Source of the DNA: Podarcis liolepis
Taxonomy: Eukaryota
Length of the DNA stretch: 64,000 nucleotides
Assembly (NCBI GenBank): GCA_965112155.1
Contig: OZ218100.1
Reading direction: 5' to 3' (one strand)
Positions 1 through 14,327 of this stretch are shown piece after piece. Under the pieces are notes generated by a model that saw nothing but the letters and a program-made list of their open reading frames with translations, ran no database searches and was not told where the DNA came from. The position numbers and the translations under genes were made by a program. Positions within the stretch are counted from its first letter, which is position 1; the number at the start of each line of letters is the position of its first letter.

Positions 1-240
1 GTGGTACCTCGGGTTAAGAACTTAATTTGTTCCGGAGATCCGTTCTTAACCTGAAACTGTTCTTAACCTGGGGTACCACTTTAGCTAATGGGGCCTCCCG
101 CTGCCACCACACCACTGATGTACGATTTCTGTTCTCATCCTGAAGCAAAGTTCTTAACCTGAGGTACTATTTCTGGGTTAGTGGAGTCTGTAACCTGAAG
201 TGCCTTTAACATGAAGCGTCTGTGCCCTGAGGTACCTCTG
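1..240. mobile_element. Tc1/mariner (Tigger/pogo-like) MITE, left end clipped by the window
   Basis: Starts GTGGTACCTCGG, ends GAGGTACCTCTG followed by TA; closely similar to the complete copy at 34085-34309. Confidence 0.85.
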
Positions 241-2068
241 TACATATATTTTGTATAATTTATTCTGATTATGTGAATCATAAGAAGGGTTAGTTCCCTC
301 CCGTACATGGGTTACAAGATTTTACCGTGCCAAGTAAACCTGGTGACTGGCCTATGTGCAAGTGAGTGTTTTGGCACAGGAAATGGAAGGAAAGGGACCT
401 GCCTTTTCACATGATAACAGCTGGGAAGACACAGCTAATACAAACACTGTCATAACACTTGTAATAGGAAGAAATGCCAGCCACTGATCTCAAGTCCATA
501 AAGAAGAGGTGTGATTATAACCAATTCGATAACTAAATAAACAGGTGATGCACACTTCCTATTGAAGGCTACATAACTTGGCAATGGGAGGAGAGGTCGA
601 GATGCAACTTGTAAAGTACTGCAGAAGGATCAAATGGTCAAAAGGTTTATTTACTATGAAGAAACTGTTGAGTACAGTAGATGGCTTATTTATAAAATGA
701 AAGCTTTATTGGAAAATAGTCATAATCTTGTCCATTAATTTTCTTCATAATCTGAGGGCTTTATGATTGTCTCATTCAAACCTCCATCCTCACTTTTATG
801 GGACTCAGTGGTCCAAAGGACTGTTGCTTTGTCAGCAGGGGTAGGTTTAAGGCTTTTCAGTCACAACCCATGTATTTTATACATTTTTTTGTTTGTTTGT
901 TCTGCTGACTATTTTTTACAAGCCTGTATTGCACCAAGAAGACGTAAAATTACCTTTGTAAAGCTGTTTAGCAATATTGCAAAGTCTGCATCTTCCCACT
1001 CATTTGAACTCCAGACATACATTAACAAGTTGCTCATAATGACTTTGATTCCCCCACTACATGTTCATTGTCAACCTTTTGACAATACTCTCCGGCTTAA
1101 TCATGAGAGTTTTTGTTGTAAATTATACTCCCCATTTCGGTGATCAGATCTTAAGAAGTTTATTATATCATGAAAATAGCTTATATTATTTTTTCATCCC
1201 TACATTTCCCAAACATTAGCATTCTTTCAAAGCTTAAATTGTTTTTGCAGCTTTCCCAGGTACCTGGTGGCTCACAGTACATAACCTGCCATAGTTTGTG
1301 TGGTTTTGGAATAATATCAGCCATTCCTGTAACAACTTATCTGGGAAAGCATGGATCAGAGGAAGAGGTACATTTTTGATTTTTTTGTGTAAATGGAGAA
1401 ATTCAGCTGTGACTCAGTCATGCAGTTGAGTTGCTGCACTTCAATGTATCAGCTGGTCAATTGTGGCCAGAAAACCATTGGAAGATGTACAGGTTTAGTA
1501 CCCAGGGTACTAAAACAGGGATCTGCTTTGTGTTGACAACCTTACATAGATCTACTTACACATGTGGTAAATCACACATTTTTGATTATGTCTCCTTATT
1601 TGTTTGTATCACTTTGCCAGTGCTTTAGCCAAAATGTGGTGCAGGTCCCATGAACTCAAGAGACACAATATCAGTGGCAACTGAGGTATTGGTTTTCTAG
1701 GAATTCTCCTTGTCTTTACATTTGACTCACTTCAGTCCCAGATTAGGGATTTTCAACTCCTTTGGATCACGATTGGCAACCACCCACCCTTCCACTGGTG
1801 GTGGGCACACTGGCCACAGCCCTTGCCAACAGAGTATTAAGCACATGTGAAAAGTGGCCTACACCTCTCCTGAAGTACATTCCTAGATTTCCTCCATGCA
1901 CGGAAGGGAGGGCAGTTCTAATCATGAAGGGCAATTCTGATTTGAGATTAAGTGGTCATGAAGCTACACTGGCTAAGCCTGCTTCTAACCACCAATGTGT
2001 TGGGCAGACACACACCATGGCCACACACCCTGCCAGCCACACGTCTGACACAAAGGGACATGATATGC

Positions 2069-3015
2069 TAGGGTTGCCATGTTTCATGAAGTGAAAAACT
2101 GAACGATTGGCAGCTCAACAAAAATTGTTGAGCTTTGGGTTTTTTGGGAGATCGCCATAAGTTGTTGACATTTGGGGGGTGAGTGATCACCTGCTCGACC
2201 CCCACTGTCAGCAACTTCCAATCCTTGTTATGTACTGAAGTTCTCACCCTGGGCCAGCAGGGGGATACTGTAGATAGTTATGCAAATAAGGGATCGAAAG
2301 TGAGGTTCAGTGATTGGATAGTTTTAGAAAATTGTTACAGTTACGTTGTACTGGAGCTCTATATAAGCAGGCTGACTGAACCCTCCAGTTCAGTTCTGTT
2401 CTGTCCTGTGAATAAACAAGAGCTGTTTGAAGAATCGCTGTGTCGTCTGATATGTTCACCCACAACTTAACAATGCTGATTCCCCAATCACCACGCCGAT
2501 CGCGTGACAGGGAAAAGGCAGTGGCAGTTCATGAGACACAGAGGGGCAGCTCTGGGCACTCGGCGGGCTCCAACAGCTCCAGTCCCAGTACAGTTCCCAA
2601 ATGCCACCGCCGCTCAGGTCTCTTGTTAGGAGCCCTGTCGCTGCCGCCTCTAGCGCTCACAGCCCCGCTGCTACTCATAGACTTTGGGCTCCAGGTGGGC
2701 AGAATGGAGCAGAAAGGGGAAGCGGCAGTGGTGGCAGTTTCTTTAGTGGCCACTGCCAACCTGAGCTGGTAAATACACACACAGGCCTAGCAGCAATGCT
2801 GGTAGCACATGGGCTTTGCGCACTCTCACCTCCAGCCAAAGCGACAGCTTCCACTTCCGAGGCACAGTTTAAACAAACAAACAACTAACAGCCAACCAAC
2901 CAAATAACCCCACAACCCAGACATTTCCTATAAAATACAAAAATCCCCCTGGATGGAGATGTAGGCCTCCCAAAAGAGGACATGTCTGGGATTTCCTGGA
3001 CATATGGCAACCCTA
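2069..3015. mobile_element. Non-autonomous hAT DNA transposon containing a solo LTR
   Basis: Perfect 12-bp TIRs TAGGGTTGCCAT / ATGGCAACCCTA; 8-bp TSD TGATATGC (2061-2068) / TGATATGT (3016-3023). Confidence 0.9.
2226..2472 (+). mobile_element. Solo LTR, 247 bp, nested in the hAT element
   Basis: TGTTA...TAACA termini, TSD ATCCT/ATGCT, octamer ATGCAAAT 2280-2287, TATATAA 2360-2366, AATAAA 2411-2416. Confidence 0.85.
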
Positions 3016-4491
3016 TGATATGTATATTGTTGTAGATACAAGACAAACTACCTCCATAGAAGGTGGGATTCTCATAGGCTTCTGTCTTTGGGAACACTAC
3101 TGCCTTGAAGAGAGAGAACTCTCCATTGACTTGCATAGTGGGGAGGAGGGTGTAAAAACATTCTAAATCCCCCAGAAAGAGTGGAGTTGTGGAAGTGTCG
3201 CTCACCACCACAGCAAAAACACTACTATCTCAAAACTTGTTGGTTGGATTCTCTCTCTCCCTTCCATTATTCTGCAATTTCCTTCCCCCTCTTTCTCCTC
3301 CCCCATAAATGTTTGGAAAGAAACTGTGCGAAAAATATCAGCATAGCACTAGACTGAATACTCATAAACTTTTATGAATCCATCTGCCCAGTGAAAATTT
3401 TCTGTTTTTTCCCTTCCTTTGGGAATTAGGAAAACCAGAAGAAGATTATTTCTGAACTAGAAGAAAATGACAACTTCTAGTATCCAATTTTCTTCCTCTG
3501 TTGAATGCTTTAGCTCAGGATATTGAGATAGCTGAGCTTTAGGGAGAGATAAGCTCCCTACCTTCTTCCAATCTAAAGCAGTCTTCTTTACATATTCTGT
3601 TAGATCAGTCATTGGCCTTTCATACCAGACGGCACCACTTGTAAGATACGACAGAGATGCAGTAATTTTGTTTTTTCCATGTTAGAGAGATCTGAGCCAC
3701 TTGTGACAGGTGACTCCTTTTCTGACACCAAGAAAGGAGAAAGAAATAATAAAAAAGAACTACTCATTTTAGCAGCTCCTGAAGAGTTAATACTCCAATT
3801 TTCTTTTATTTTTAGCATAACCTCACCTCAGAGCAGAGAGGTGGGAGAGCTAGACATTTGAATTGACTAGACTCTCTTCAAGTGCAAGGTATTATTTTTA
3901 AAGTGAACCTTTTAATAATCCAAGGCATATATCTTGACATATTCAAATGTATATGAAATAGGTTCATGTATATGCTCAAATATATTACCCTTATCCTCTA
4001 ACAAAAACAATAATAAGAATAAGAATAAGAATAAGTTTTTTGTTGGGGTAACAATATTTGGAGAAGGTGAGCTATGAAGGAGTTGGCAATGGATTTGTTA
4101 GGGCAATGTTGGGGAATCTGTGGGTCTTCCAATGTTGATGGACTGTTGAGGTTCCTTTAATTGCTGTCAAGGAAAATCTGGGCATGTGCTTCCCTTATCT
4201 TACACCTGCAGGTCTTGTGATTAGTGTTTGAAGGTCACTGACCTGGCAACCAGCCAAGTAGGTCACTGTGATCTGGGAACTGGCCAAAGGTGTGGTCATT
4301 CTTGGGGATATTAAGAGGGGGCTGTACATTGCCTTTTTGCTTAGCTGTAAGGAAGCTCTCCCAGATTGATACTGAACTCTGTGCTGTTTGTATGTTGTGT
4401 GTTGTACTTACTTTGCATTTGAAGCCTGCCCTTCCTAATAGGGATCTAGTGGAAGTCAGTATATAGTGTACATAGTGAAATTGCCTTAAAG

Positions 4492-4627
4492 CAGGCTTCC
4501 TCAAACTCGGCCCTCCAGATGTTTTGAGACTACGGTTCCCATCATCTCTGACCACTAGTCCTGCTAGCTAGGAATCGTGGGAGTTGTAGGCCAAAAACAT
4601 CTGGAGGGCTGAGTTTGAGGAAGCCTG
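4492..4627. mobile_element. 136-bp palindromic hAT-type MITE
   Basis: Long TIRs CAGGCTTCCTCAAACTC / GAGTTTGAGGAAGCCTG; perfect 8-bp TSD CCTTAAAG. Confidence 0.92.
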
Positions 4628-5100
4628 CCTTAAAGCTTTGGACCTGTTGGTAAAGGATTGAACTGACTGAAGAGTTGGAGTCGGGCTGAATTTCCAGAAC
4701 AAAACTGCACTGCCACAAACCTACATGCTTGGGGAGCTGCACATGTTTGGCACATGCCACACGCCAACATCCCTTCATAAACCAAGTTCCCATCATCCCT
4801 GACCATAGGCCATGCTAGCTGAGGCTCATGGGAGTTGGAGTCCAACAACTTTTGGAGGGAAGCTGGTTTCCCACCCATGAATTAGGGAATTTCTTCCATT
4901 TTGTTTAAACAAGCAGAACAACTTTGTGACATTTACTCCTTTGGCAACCTTAATGGCAGAGGATAAGTGGAGTTAGAGGTCATCCCACAAACAGGTCTGC
5001 TATCCTACATCAGATTCCCAGAGAGAGGCCTTGTAATCCCAATGAGCCCACAGTCAACACACAGTTCTGCCAGTCTGTCTCTTTTAAACTTCAAGGTGTT

Positions 5101-5103
<3 letters not shown>

Positions 5104-5140
<37 letters not shown>
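5104..5140. repeat. (AC)n microsatellite
   Basis: Pure dinucleotide run. Confidence 0.95.
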
Positions 5141-5145
<5 letters not shown>

Positions 5146-6673
5146 CCCCTCACCTTCATTGTGGGGCATGTGCCAGCTTCTCCAAGCTCTTGTGATTAAC
5201 TGAAGCGCAGATTCATAGCTATTTCGCCTAACTGTTCACTCTTATCAGCTAAGCTTTCTGGACAACAATCTATCAGACAAAGGCATTGTTGACCAGTAAC
5301 CATAACAATATGCACAGAGATTTCGTTTTGGTTTTTAGACTTGGGCCTGAGTTCATACCCCCACTGAGCCATAAACTTCATTGCGTGACCTTGGGCACTC
5401 AGTCACTCAGCTCATGTACAAAACCTTAGTGCTTTGGAGTGGGATGATGATGATGATGATAACAATGCCATCTAATATTTTGTTCTGTTTTTCAGGCTTC
5501 CTGCAACAAACCATGCATTGCCCTCAAATTTTATCCTTAACCACTATGTGAGACTGGTTGGATGAGCAACTGGCTCAAGGTCACCCAGTGAAGCTTAAAG
5601 TGCATTTGAAGCCCTGTCTCTCATTCCAGCATCACACTGGATTTTGGCCACATGGACAAGGTACACCACAGTAAGATTTATCTTACAGTCATATTTAGGC
5701 CCTTTCAACACTGGTACACAAAGCAAGCACTCATCTCTTTTATTTGTCTTTTATGGCTGTTTCCTAAATGATAAATCTGTACAAAAAAATGTACTGTCTT
5801 GGTAAATGTACCTTGATTGTCAATAAAAACATGGCCCTACCCAACCTCATCACCTCTAAGTGTTGCTTTTGAGATGCTATCAGTGACAAATGCATCCTTG
5901 AATATGTGCTAACGCTAAACGACAGATGAGCAAACAAATCTTACACAGGACAGCCGTGCTTTGAGATATATATATCCCTCACCTTAACAGACTAGAAGCC
6001 AACTCAGTTCTTTTTTAAAGTGCCCCTGCCCCCACTCTCTGCAGGCAACAGGAAACCAGCCCTGCATTAGGAATAATAGAGCAGACATCCACTCAGTTGA
6101 GGCTGATGGAGCCAACCTGCCAGTGGAGCAATTGTGCAGGGCCTTTTCATTGCACAGGCTTATATTTACCTGCCTTTGTCCTGACTTTTCACGAAGGTGG
6201 CAAGCAGTCAGAGCTGTTTACGATGCAGTTGATTTCTGTACTATCAGTTGACGGCTTCCTGCTTCTAGCTTATTATTTCGAGGATTCAAGGCTACAAAAA
6301 AGGCAGGAACCCTAATGCTAGTCTTTCAACGTCCAATTCTTTCCCAAAACATGTGGTAAAAAGGAGAGAGAAGACCGCTCAGCAACAATTGCTTTGATGA
6401 AGCAGTGGCTATTCACTTCAGCTGCATGTACGTACATCTAATCTTTTGTCTATGCTATGCAAATTTGGAGGTGACAGTGGGGGCGGGGGGAGAACAGAAC
6501 GGAGCCAAATGGATAACTCTTGATTTCTTGGAGCTAGTCAAATAAGGGGGCTAGTGGGAACAAAGGGGTGGATCTAAAAACAAAGCAAAATTGTTAGTGT
6601 TATCCCATCCCGTTCAACCCACCATGTTCAACCAAGCCCTCTGCCATTTTGGTGGTTGTGGAAATAACACGTG

Positions 6674-6681
6674 CACACACA

Positions 6682-6730
<49 letters not shown>
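6674..6730. repeat. Compound (CA)n(GA)n microsatellite
   Basis: Direct inspection. Confidence 0.95.
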
Positions 6731-6732
<2 letters not shown>

Positions 6733-8044
6733 CCCTGGGGTGGGTCAACATGTTAAATGAAGATGTTAAAACCTCGCTGCCCACCTAGTTCACACCTAGT
6801 GTTTGGACAGCACAGCAGTCATAATGTACTTTCCAAATGTTCTGTATTATGAAGATCAATCAATATGTTGAATGGATGAATTAATGAATGGATGGGGTGG
6901 ATAGTTGAGAGATTTATCAGCAAGTAGAAATGGCAAAGCCAGAAAAGCATAGCAATGGACATTTTGCTGGTGAATTGATCTGATTTGCACATCTTGGACT
7001 GAATAGAAGTATCCTTTGAATTTTACACTTCTCTGAGTGCTGCTGTGTAGCTCTCAGCTCAAAAATAAATGGGACTTGCCACCCCGATGTCTTCACTGCC
7101 ATGAATAATATGTGGGGCTCTCCCCAATAGCCACCAATATCAGCAGCAGCAATTGTTTTCTGCTCACTGCACCACCACCAGGTGTTCCCATTGAAGGACT
7201 GTCACCACCTAGCTCTTAAAAACACAACAATGAATGGGCAATAGTTCTGGGGACAGAGAATTAGAAGCAGAATTGCTTGAAGCCTCCCTGAGAAATTTCA
7301 CTAGTCGTTGCAACATGCTTGTCTTCATTTGTTTTGCACGAGGGAAAACACCCAAATTCACTTTGAATTTCGCTTGAGGCAAGATCCATTGACAGCCTTT
7401 GGGATTTGGTAAAACATCACCAGTCACCCCTTCCCTTTGAGAAACGTTTGTGGCCTCCCTTGACATTCCTCAGATATTTCCCTCGGAATTTTGCTTGAGG
7501 TGAAAATATGATGTCAGCTCTAGTTAGAAGAAACAACTGGTATGATCAAGATCTTGCTCTTTCAACATCAATGGCTACAGCAGAAGCAGGTTTTGAGGCT
7601 GGGATATCAGCAATACATTTTTTTTTGGGGGGGGGGGAGAAGAGCCAGAAATTGTGCATGATATGTGGCATCCTGTGTGATTGCCTGGGCATAAACTAGC
7701 CATTGGCTTGACTGACCTGCTGATCATGGTGGCCTGTGTCATAAGAGGCTGCTTGTGCAGAGGAATCATACAAGGTTGTTGTGCTTAATTTACAGTTGAG
7801 TCCACCCTCCCACAGTAGCCCTATACAACACAGCCCACAATGTTCATTAGGTCCCACCAACCTCTTTTGAAGTGGAGGTACAGGGAGGGGCGGTGGCAGC
7901 TGTGAATGGAAGCATCAGAGGGGAAAGATCAACCACATGATCTGCCTTGCACTCAACAATTTCTGGATACAACTCTGTAGTCCAAATCACTCACTTGGTT
8001 CTTCTCCAACTCTAGTAGGCTGCTTCTGGGGTAGCTGAAACTAT

Positions 8045-8190
8045 AGGAACACAGGCAGCTGCCTTACTCTGAATCAGACCATTGTTCCATCTATCTCAGT
8101 GTTGTCCACACTGACTGGCAGTGGGCTTCAGACAGGGAGTCTTTCATGGCTTTACCTGGAGAGGCCTGAGATTGAAGCAGGTCCTCTGCC
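8045..8190 (-). mobile_element. Degenerate tRNA-derived squamate SINE with CR1-like tail (Squam2-like, tentative)
   Basis: Resembles AGGAAGCTGCCTTATACTGAGTCAGACCATTGGTCCATCTAG...GATTGAACC as recalled; related head fragments near 25400-25460 and 36490-36555. Confidence 0.5.
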
Positions 8191-11100
8191 ACAGGGCTAT
8201 TGCAAGCATTGGACTGATTTCTATGGGTCTTTTAAATAGACTTGCTGCCACTTCAGCACTATATCATGCTGGACAGAGCCAGCAGAGCCTGCGATGGAAC
8301 TCTGCCCTCACTGATTCATTTATTAACACCGGTTTTCCTGACACGTATGGACAGGCCATTTGTACTTTCTCACCTGAAAGTTTAAAGCTGAAACCAACTC
8401 CGTTCTCAATGAGAGCTGCTCTCCTGATGAGAAATGCCAGTTAATCTCAAAACTTCATTGTGCTACTGATAGGTGAGAAGAAAGCATTTCACCAAAAGCA
8501 GACTTCTCTCCACCTCTACCACCCCACCAGATCTGAAGAGTATTTCTCATTCTACTCTGTGAGATGAATGAGCCGATATATCCAGCTCCAGTTTCTGTAC
8601 TTCTTTATTATCATGGGCATCAATTCTTCTCCATCTGTGTGGCTCATTCTGATGCTGTTAAGGCACTCTTTCCTGTGCAGGCTTTGGGTTTTACTTTTCT
8701 TTTATTCCCAGCTCTATTATTCCTGCCTGATTCGAGGTAGAACCTATGGGAGCATGGTACCATGGTCCAGAATGCAGGTGCCAATAGCTATATTCCCAGG
8801 CTCATTAGCTAGAAACTAAACTTTCTGAAGGTAGCTTAGGTGAGTCGGAGAACGTTCTTTGAAGGATTTTGCTCTTTCATTTATATCACAAGGTAGCCTC
8901 TTGCCTAAGGGTGGATATCATCAAGAGGGAGCTAAACTAAGAGTCAGATGAAATCTCTTCTCTAACAGGTAAAGCAATTAAGGCAGAGCAATAGAATGGC
9001 ATTTTTAAATTTCTCAGGTACTGTATAAGGATGGTGGGAAAAGCAAGCTTTTTAAAAGATGTTCTTTTTGGCATGTAGAAGGGGCCAGGATCGTGCCACC
9101 TCCTTCCAGAACACCTTTCCCATCCTTCAGCCAGCCAATGTCTACTGACCGGATCATTGCATTCATAGGGGTCTACCAGTGTAGAGACCAAGTCATGTAG
9201 CTCTAAAACCATGCAAAGACCTAGGAGTTCCTATTAAATGATGTACAGTGGTTGCAGGGGTGTGGAACTGGTTGGTGGGTTGGATCAAGACCTGCCCCAC
9301 CCACCTCAGGCCACTTTGGACAGGTGGGTGAAGCCAATTAAAAATAAATAGCAGAGGGAGAAAGGGTACCACCTGTATGGACTTTTTTATGTGCTTCTGG
9401 AACTTTTTGGGAGCAAGGCCAATACATTATTTTGCATCAGGCTTACTGTACTGATGTCATCTTTGTGTGGATTAATGTGCACTCCCTGGCTCAGGTCTCT
9501 GTTATATACGGTATATATATATGTTCTTAAATCTTGCTCCATCAGACTTGCTCCAGTGAGTTAGTGGTGTTAATCAGAAAGAGAACAGAGTCAGACCAAA
9601 GATAAAGTAAATTGGAAAAGTTTATTTAAATCAAAGGATATAAATTGATGAAGGTATACAAACTTAGAAAATGTATCAATAAGAACAATGTATGAGCCAG
9701 TTTTTAAATGAAAAACAGTATTAGATCGGGAAATAAAAATAATTAAACGAACAGCTACAACATTCCATCTTGTTAGAACTTCCACCAATCCAGACTAGTT
9801 GAAAGCTTGCTAAGTTTCCAGCATTATAGGGGATTAACATAAAGATTAGAGGGTGGAATTCTATGCTCACATGAATAGCAGCAACAACTATGAGCTATTT
9901 GATTAAAAATAGCTTTCAAGGCTGGCTGTATCTAAATGACTTCGTGAACTGCAAGGTATGGCTTGAACTTTATTCTAGTTTTGAATGTCAGATATGTTGA
10001 ACAAATTTGTTCACCAAAAGTTGCCAGAACTACTTTTAATTTTGCCACTGGGAGCTATTAGCAAGTTCGTCTCTTCCTTTGTCCATGGTACATGCAATAT
10101 TGTGTTCAGAGCTGCAGGGGCAGTTATATTGCAGAGCTGAACTGTGATTTATGATAAGTTACACACCTTTGTTCTCGATTAGAATTTGTTCAGCAGTGTG
10201 GGATGTATATGGAAGATTGCATTTCAAACGTATTCAGTGGTAGATTCTGCCCATGGTTGAGATTCCTTTATAAATGTGTTTATTAAGCCTGTGATTCTTT
10301 AGTCATACTGCCTCAGTGGGAGTTGTGCATGAATAAGAACAGTAGGATCAAACAATATTATAGAGTGTTTCTGAACAGAATTTATGTAGGTGTGTTAATG
10401 GATGCACTTCATAAACTACATCACAGGCTCCCGAATATTGATGGTTTTGCCAGGATTAAGCAATCTTTTCATCTACAAGTTTCATTACCATGCACATTGT
10501 TACAGATTAACATATTGCTCCCCCTCCCACTTTTACCTGGTTTATGCAGGGCATTAAGCACAGATGGAATCCATAGCATGCAGGGAAAACTTTGATTGAA
10601 AATGTTCCTGAGCTTTGACCAAATTCAACACAGTTGAATAACCCCCCACCATCCTTATCATTCCACAGTGCAAGTGACTGTACAACAGGAGTGAGCAAAA
10701 AGACGAGAGTCCTTTGCTCCCCTCATTCCACTTGGGCATCTCAGCAGGATCCAGTAGCAGCTGGTGCCCATTAGGACTGGTAGAGCAGAAAGCAGAAGAA
10801 CCAACAGTTGGAGCCTGAGTCAATGACAGGCAGAGTCAACTCATTCTAGTTTCCTCCTCCTCCTCCTCACAGTTGAGTTTTTCAAGGGCAAGACTGAGAC
10901 TAAGGAGGAGGAATCTGAGAGACGCCTGGACTGGTTGTAAGAAAGAAAGCAAATGGAGGCTTGCTGGGGGAAGATTGAGATTGGTGGGGCAGCAGCCCAC
11001 TCACCCTATTGGAGCAGCCTCTACCGGTATCCTCGAAGTACTGCTCCTTTAAGTGGAGTGAGTAAAATACATTTGATGCAAATCTAATCACATCACACAT

Positions 11101-12045
11101 GCTTATACAGAGGGGGAAACAGGCACAAATGAACTGTAGGGTTGGAATTTGTGGCAAACGATGCAAGCACTGCTGGATAATTTCCAATGCAATGAAACAA
11201 GACTACTTACACTAGAATTTCAAAACCTGAAGGGGAATATGGATAAGGAGAATTGCAGAAACCCTGAGTTTCCCTTCACGTGAACCCCTGATTTGTTCCA
11301 TTGTGTAGAGCAGGCATCTCCAAACTCAGCCCTCCAGATGTTAAGCATGGCAAACTTTACCTGGACTGGGGTTCTGCAGTTTCATCGCCTCTCCTGCTGC
11401 CAGGATTGATTTCTAGCCAGTACCTTCTCTTTCCCCTGCACTGTATTCCACAACAAAGTGCATTGTTTTTCTTCAGAATGTAGCTTTCCCCCACTCTACA
11501 TTATTCGGTGTTTTATACATACATATCTGCCAACATCCTTCTTAAAAATACAAAGCAAGCATCATAAGGGGAAAAAATAGTTCTGACATACTCTATAGTT
11601 CTCTTTTGAAGAACAAATAACTGAAAGTTCTTTTGGAAGCCTTTCAGCCTTTGGGCAGCTACTGATCTCCTTTTCATTCTTGTGCACTACAATCCTAAAC
11701 CAGTTTACCTAGAAGTCCTATTGTTGAGCTCAGTCAGGCTTACTCTCTAGTAAGTGTGCTTAGGAGTACAACAAGAAAGTAATAAAAATACACATATTAC
11801 TGCTATTTTTAGAATGCCAATATAATGCCAATTGATTTCAAGGGGTCTTATTAGTTACTAGTTGTCCTCCCTCCATTTTTAATAAAAATACGTCCTAGAT
11901 ATATTGGGTGTGTGATACATTCAGCTGAAACCAGCAGCAGAACTCCAGTTGCTGTGAACATGCTTATTTTGTGTGCTTATTTAAGTGCTTATTTTGGGTA
12001 AAATCAACAAAGCTCTATACACATTACATACCTTTCCTCTTCCAT

Positions 12046-12188
12046 AGCATAGCAGAGTTAGGAGGGACCCAAAGGGTCTTCTTGATCATTCACCTGTAAT
12101 GGGAATCCCCAACAGATGACCATTCAACCTCTATTTAAAAACTTCCAATGAAGGAGAGTCCGCCACCTTCTAACGCAGTCTTTTCCAC
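12046..12188 (-). mobile_element. CR1 LINE 3'-end fragment
   Basis: CATAG...GAGTTAGGAGGGACC...AACCTCTATTTAAAAACTTCCAATGAAGGAGAGTCCGCCACC resembles the reverse complement of a CR1 3' end. Confidence 0.6.
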
Positions 12189-12797
12189 TGTTGTTGTTGT
12201 TTAGTCATTTAGTCGTGTCCGACTCTTCGTGACCCCATGGACCAGAGCACGCCAGGCACTCCTGTCTTCCACTGCCTCCTGCAGTTTGGTCAAACTCATG
12301 CTGGTAGCTTCGAGAACACTATCCAACCATCTCATCCTCTGTCATCCCCTTCTTCTTGTGCCCTCAATCTTTCCCAGCATCAGGGTCTTTTCCAGGGAGT
12401 CTTCTCTTCTGATGAGGTGGCCAAAGTATTGGAGCCTCAGCTTCAGGATCTGTCCTTCCAGTGAGCACTCAGGGCTGATTTCCTTAAGAATGGATAGGTT
12501 TGATATTCTTGCAGTTCATGGGACTCTCAAGAGTCTCCTCCAGCACCATAATTCAAAAGCATCAATTCATCAACGATCATCCTTCTTTATGGTCCAGCTC
12601 TCACTTCCATACATCACTACTGGGGAAAACATAGCTTTAACTATATGGACCTTTGTTGGCAAGGTGATGACTCTGTTTTTTAAGATGCTGTCTAGGTCTG
12701 TCATTGCTTTTCTCCAAAGAAGCAGGTGTCTTTTAATTTCGTGACTGCTGTCACCATCTGCAGTGATCATGGAGACCAAGAAAGTAAAATCTCTCAC
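12189..12797 (-). mobile_element. BovB (RTE) LINE, 5'-truncated
   Basis: (CAA)n tail; ORF 12570-12812 gives RDFTFL..ITADGDSSHEIKRHLLL..PVVMYGSESWTIKK, the BovB ORF C-terminal region; near-identical to 22435-22850. Confidence 0.95.
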
Positions 12798-14327
12798 CCT
12801 CAGAAATGTCACTTTACTCAGTAAGCCTTACAGCTCAATCCTATGCAGAGGCAGTGGCTGGACATTGGTGTACCTACCTCTGCATAGAAACATAGCATTG
12901 TGGCCTGCTAGCCAAATGAAGCAGCAATCCTAAGCAAATGTATTTGCAAATATGCCCCACCGAGCTTCCTAAATGCATGTTATTGGGGCCACCCTCTCTT
13001 AAGAATTGCCCCTTTGTGTCAGAACTCAACTTATATACGTGAGTAGACCTGTTTAGGCCCCCTTGATTAGATATTTATTTTTCTAGGGTGCCTCCTACAG
13101 ATTATCTCCTCAACCCCAAACCTTCAGGGCTGAAAATGAATTTTCTTCCCATTATCCTTCATTATGGCCATGAGATAAATGAGAGCAATGATTTATCTTT
13201 ACATTCTTTTTTTTACATTTATATTTACAAGAGGTGAGAGTAAATGGTCAGTCAGTTTGGCATTATAGAGTTATAATGTTTTTCCTAGCACACTATTATG
13301 TTTAAGAATGGAGGCTAAGGCTTTATTTAAACATTAAGACGTTGCTTACATGAATACCAGTCAAATTGTACTATTTAACGTTTATGTACAGCGATTTGAA
13401 AGAATCTATTTTACAGAAATGAGTCACCCAAACTAAAAAAAAAAAAAAAAAGTCAAAAGAAGTGGTCATTATATTGTGATTGAACTATTTCTATTTTTGA
13501 AAGCCAGAGTGGGGGGAGGGAGCAGTATTATATATCCTGGTTTGCCTGTTGAATGAATAAAGAGATCACATAATAGCAGAGGTAAGTAGGACATGATCTG
13601 GTGGTTTAATTTAAAGCGAGGAGAACAAAGCTTAAAGGGGGAAAGAGCGCATGATAAGAAGTTTGTTTGGTGTAATAAACAATAGCCTTTAAAATACGTG
13701 TAACCTAAATCCTTTCTCTCCCAACTCCTGTTTATTTTCACAATGGCTTGATGATATTAATAAGTGTACTGGCAGATATTTTCAAGGTCTTTTAGACAAA
13801 TGTCCTTTCAGCACTAGAACAAAAGATGCTTGGCTTAGAAGAATTGAAGCCTGTTGTGTTTGTGTGTATCTTCATTATCCTGGTGGAGTCAGTTGGTTTA
13901 ATATTAATGTGGCTCTGCTCTCCCATCCAGTTTGGGACAACACATTTGTGGCATTAAAGATCTGCCAGATGTTTGAGTCCTTTCCAGTATTAATGAGACA
14001 TATGCCATTTCAGAGAGGCCACATCGTTATGGAAATTTCTCCCCACTGCAATGATACAGCAACTGAGGTATATTAGTTCCTCGGTGCTTGCTGAAGAAAA
14101 TCACCTGTCTTCTGAGTATTTTTTCTTTCTTTTAAAAAATGCATGGGGAAGGTGAAATTGACAAGAATCACTTCTCTTCTGCCACTGGATGCCTCTTTTG
14201 GATCAAAATCTCTTCCATGAATTGAAGAACTTCTGTTCACACAAGGCCACAACTGAATTCAGTCCGTGGTAGCAAGGCATAGGTTTAATTGGATATAATT
14301 CCCACTGAATTCAATGAGTGGGGTTGT

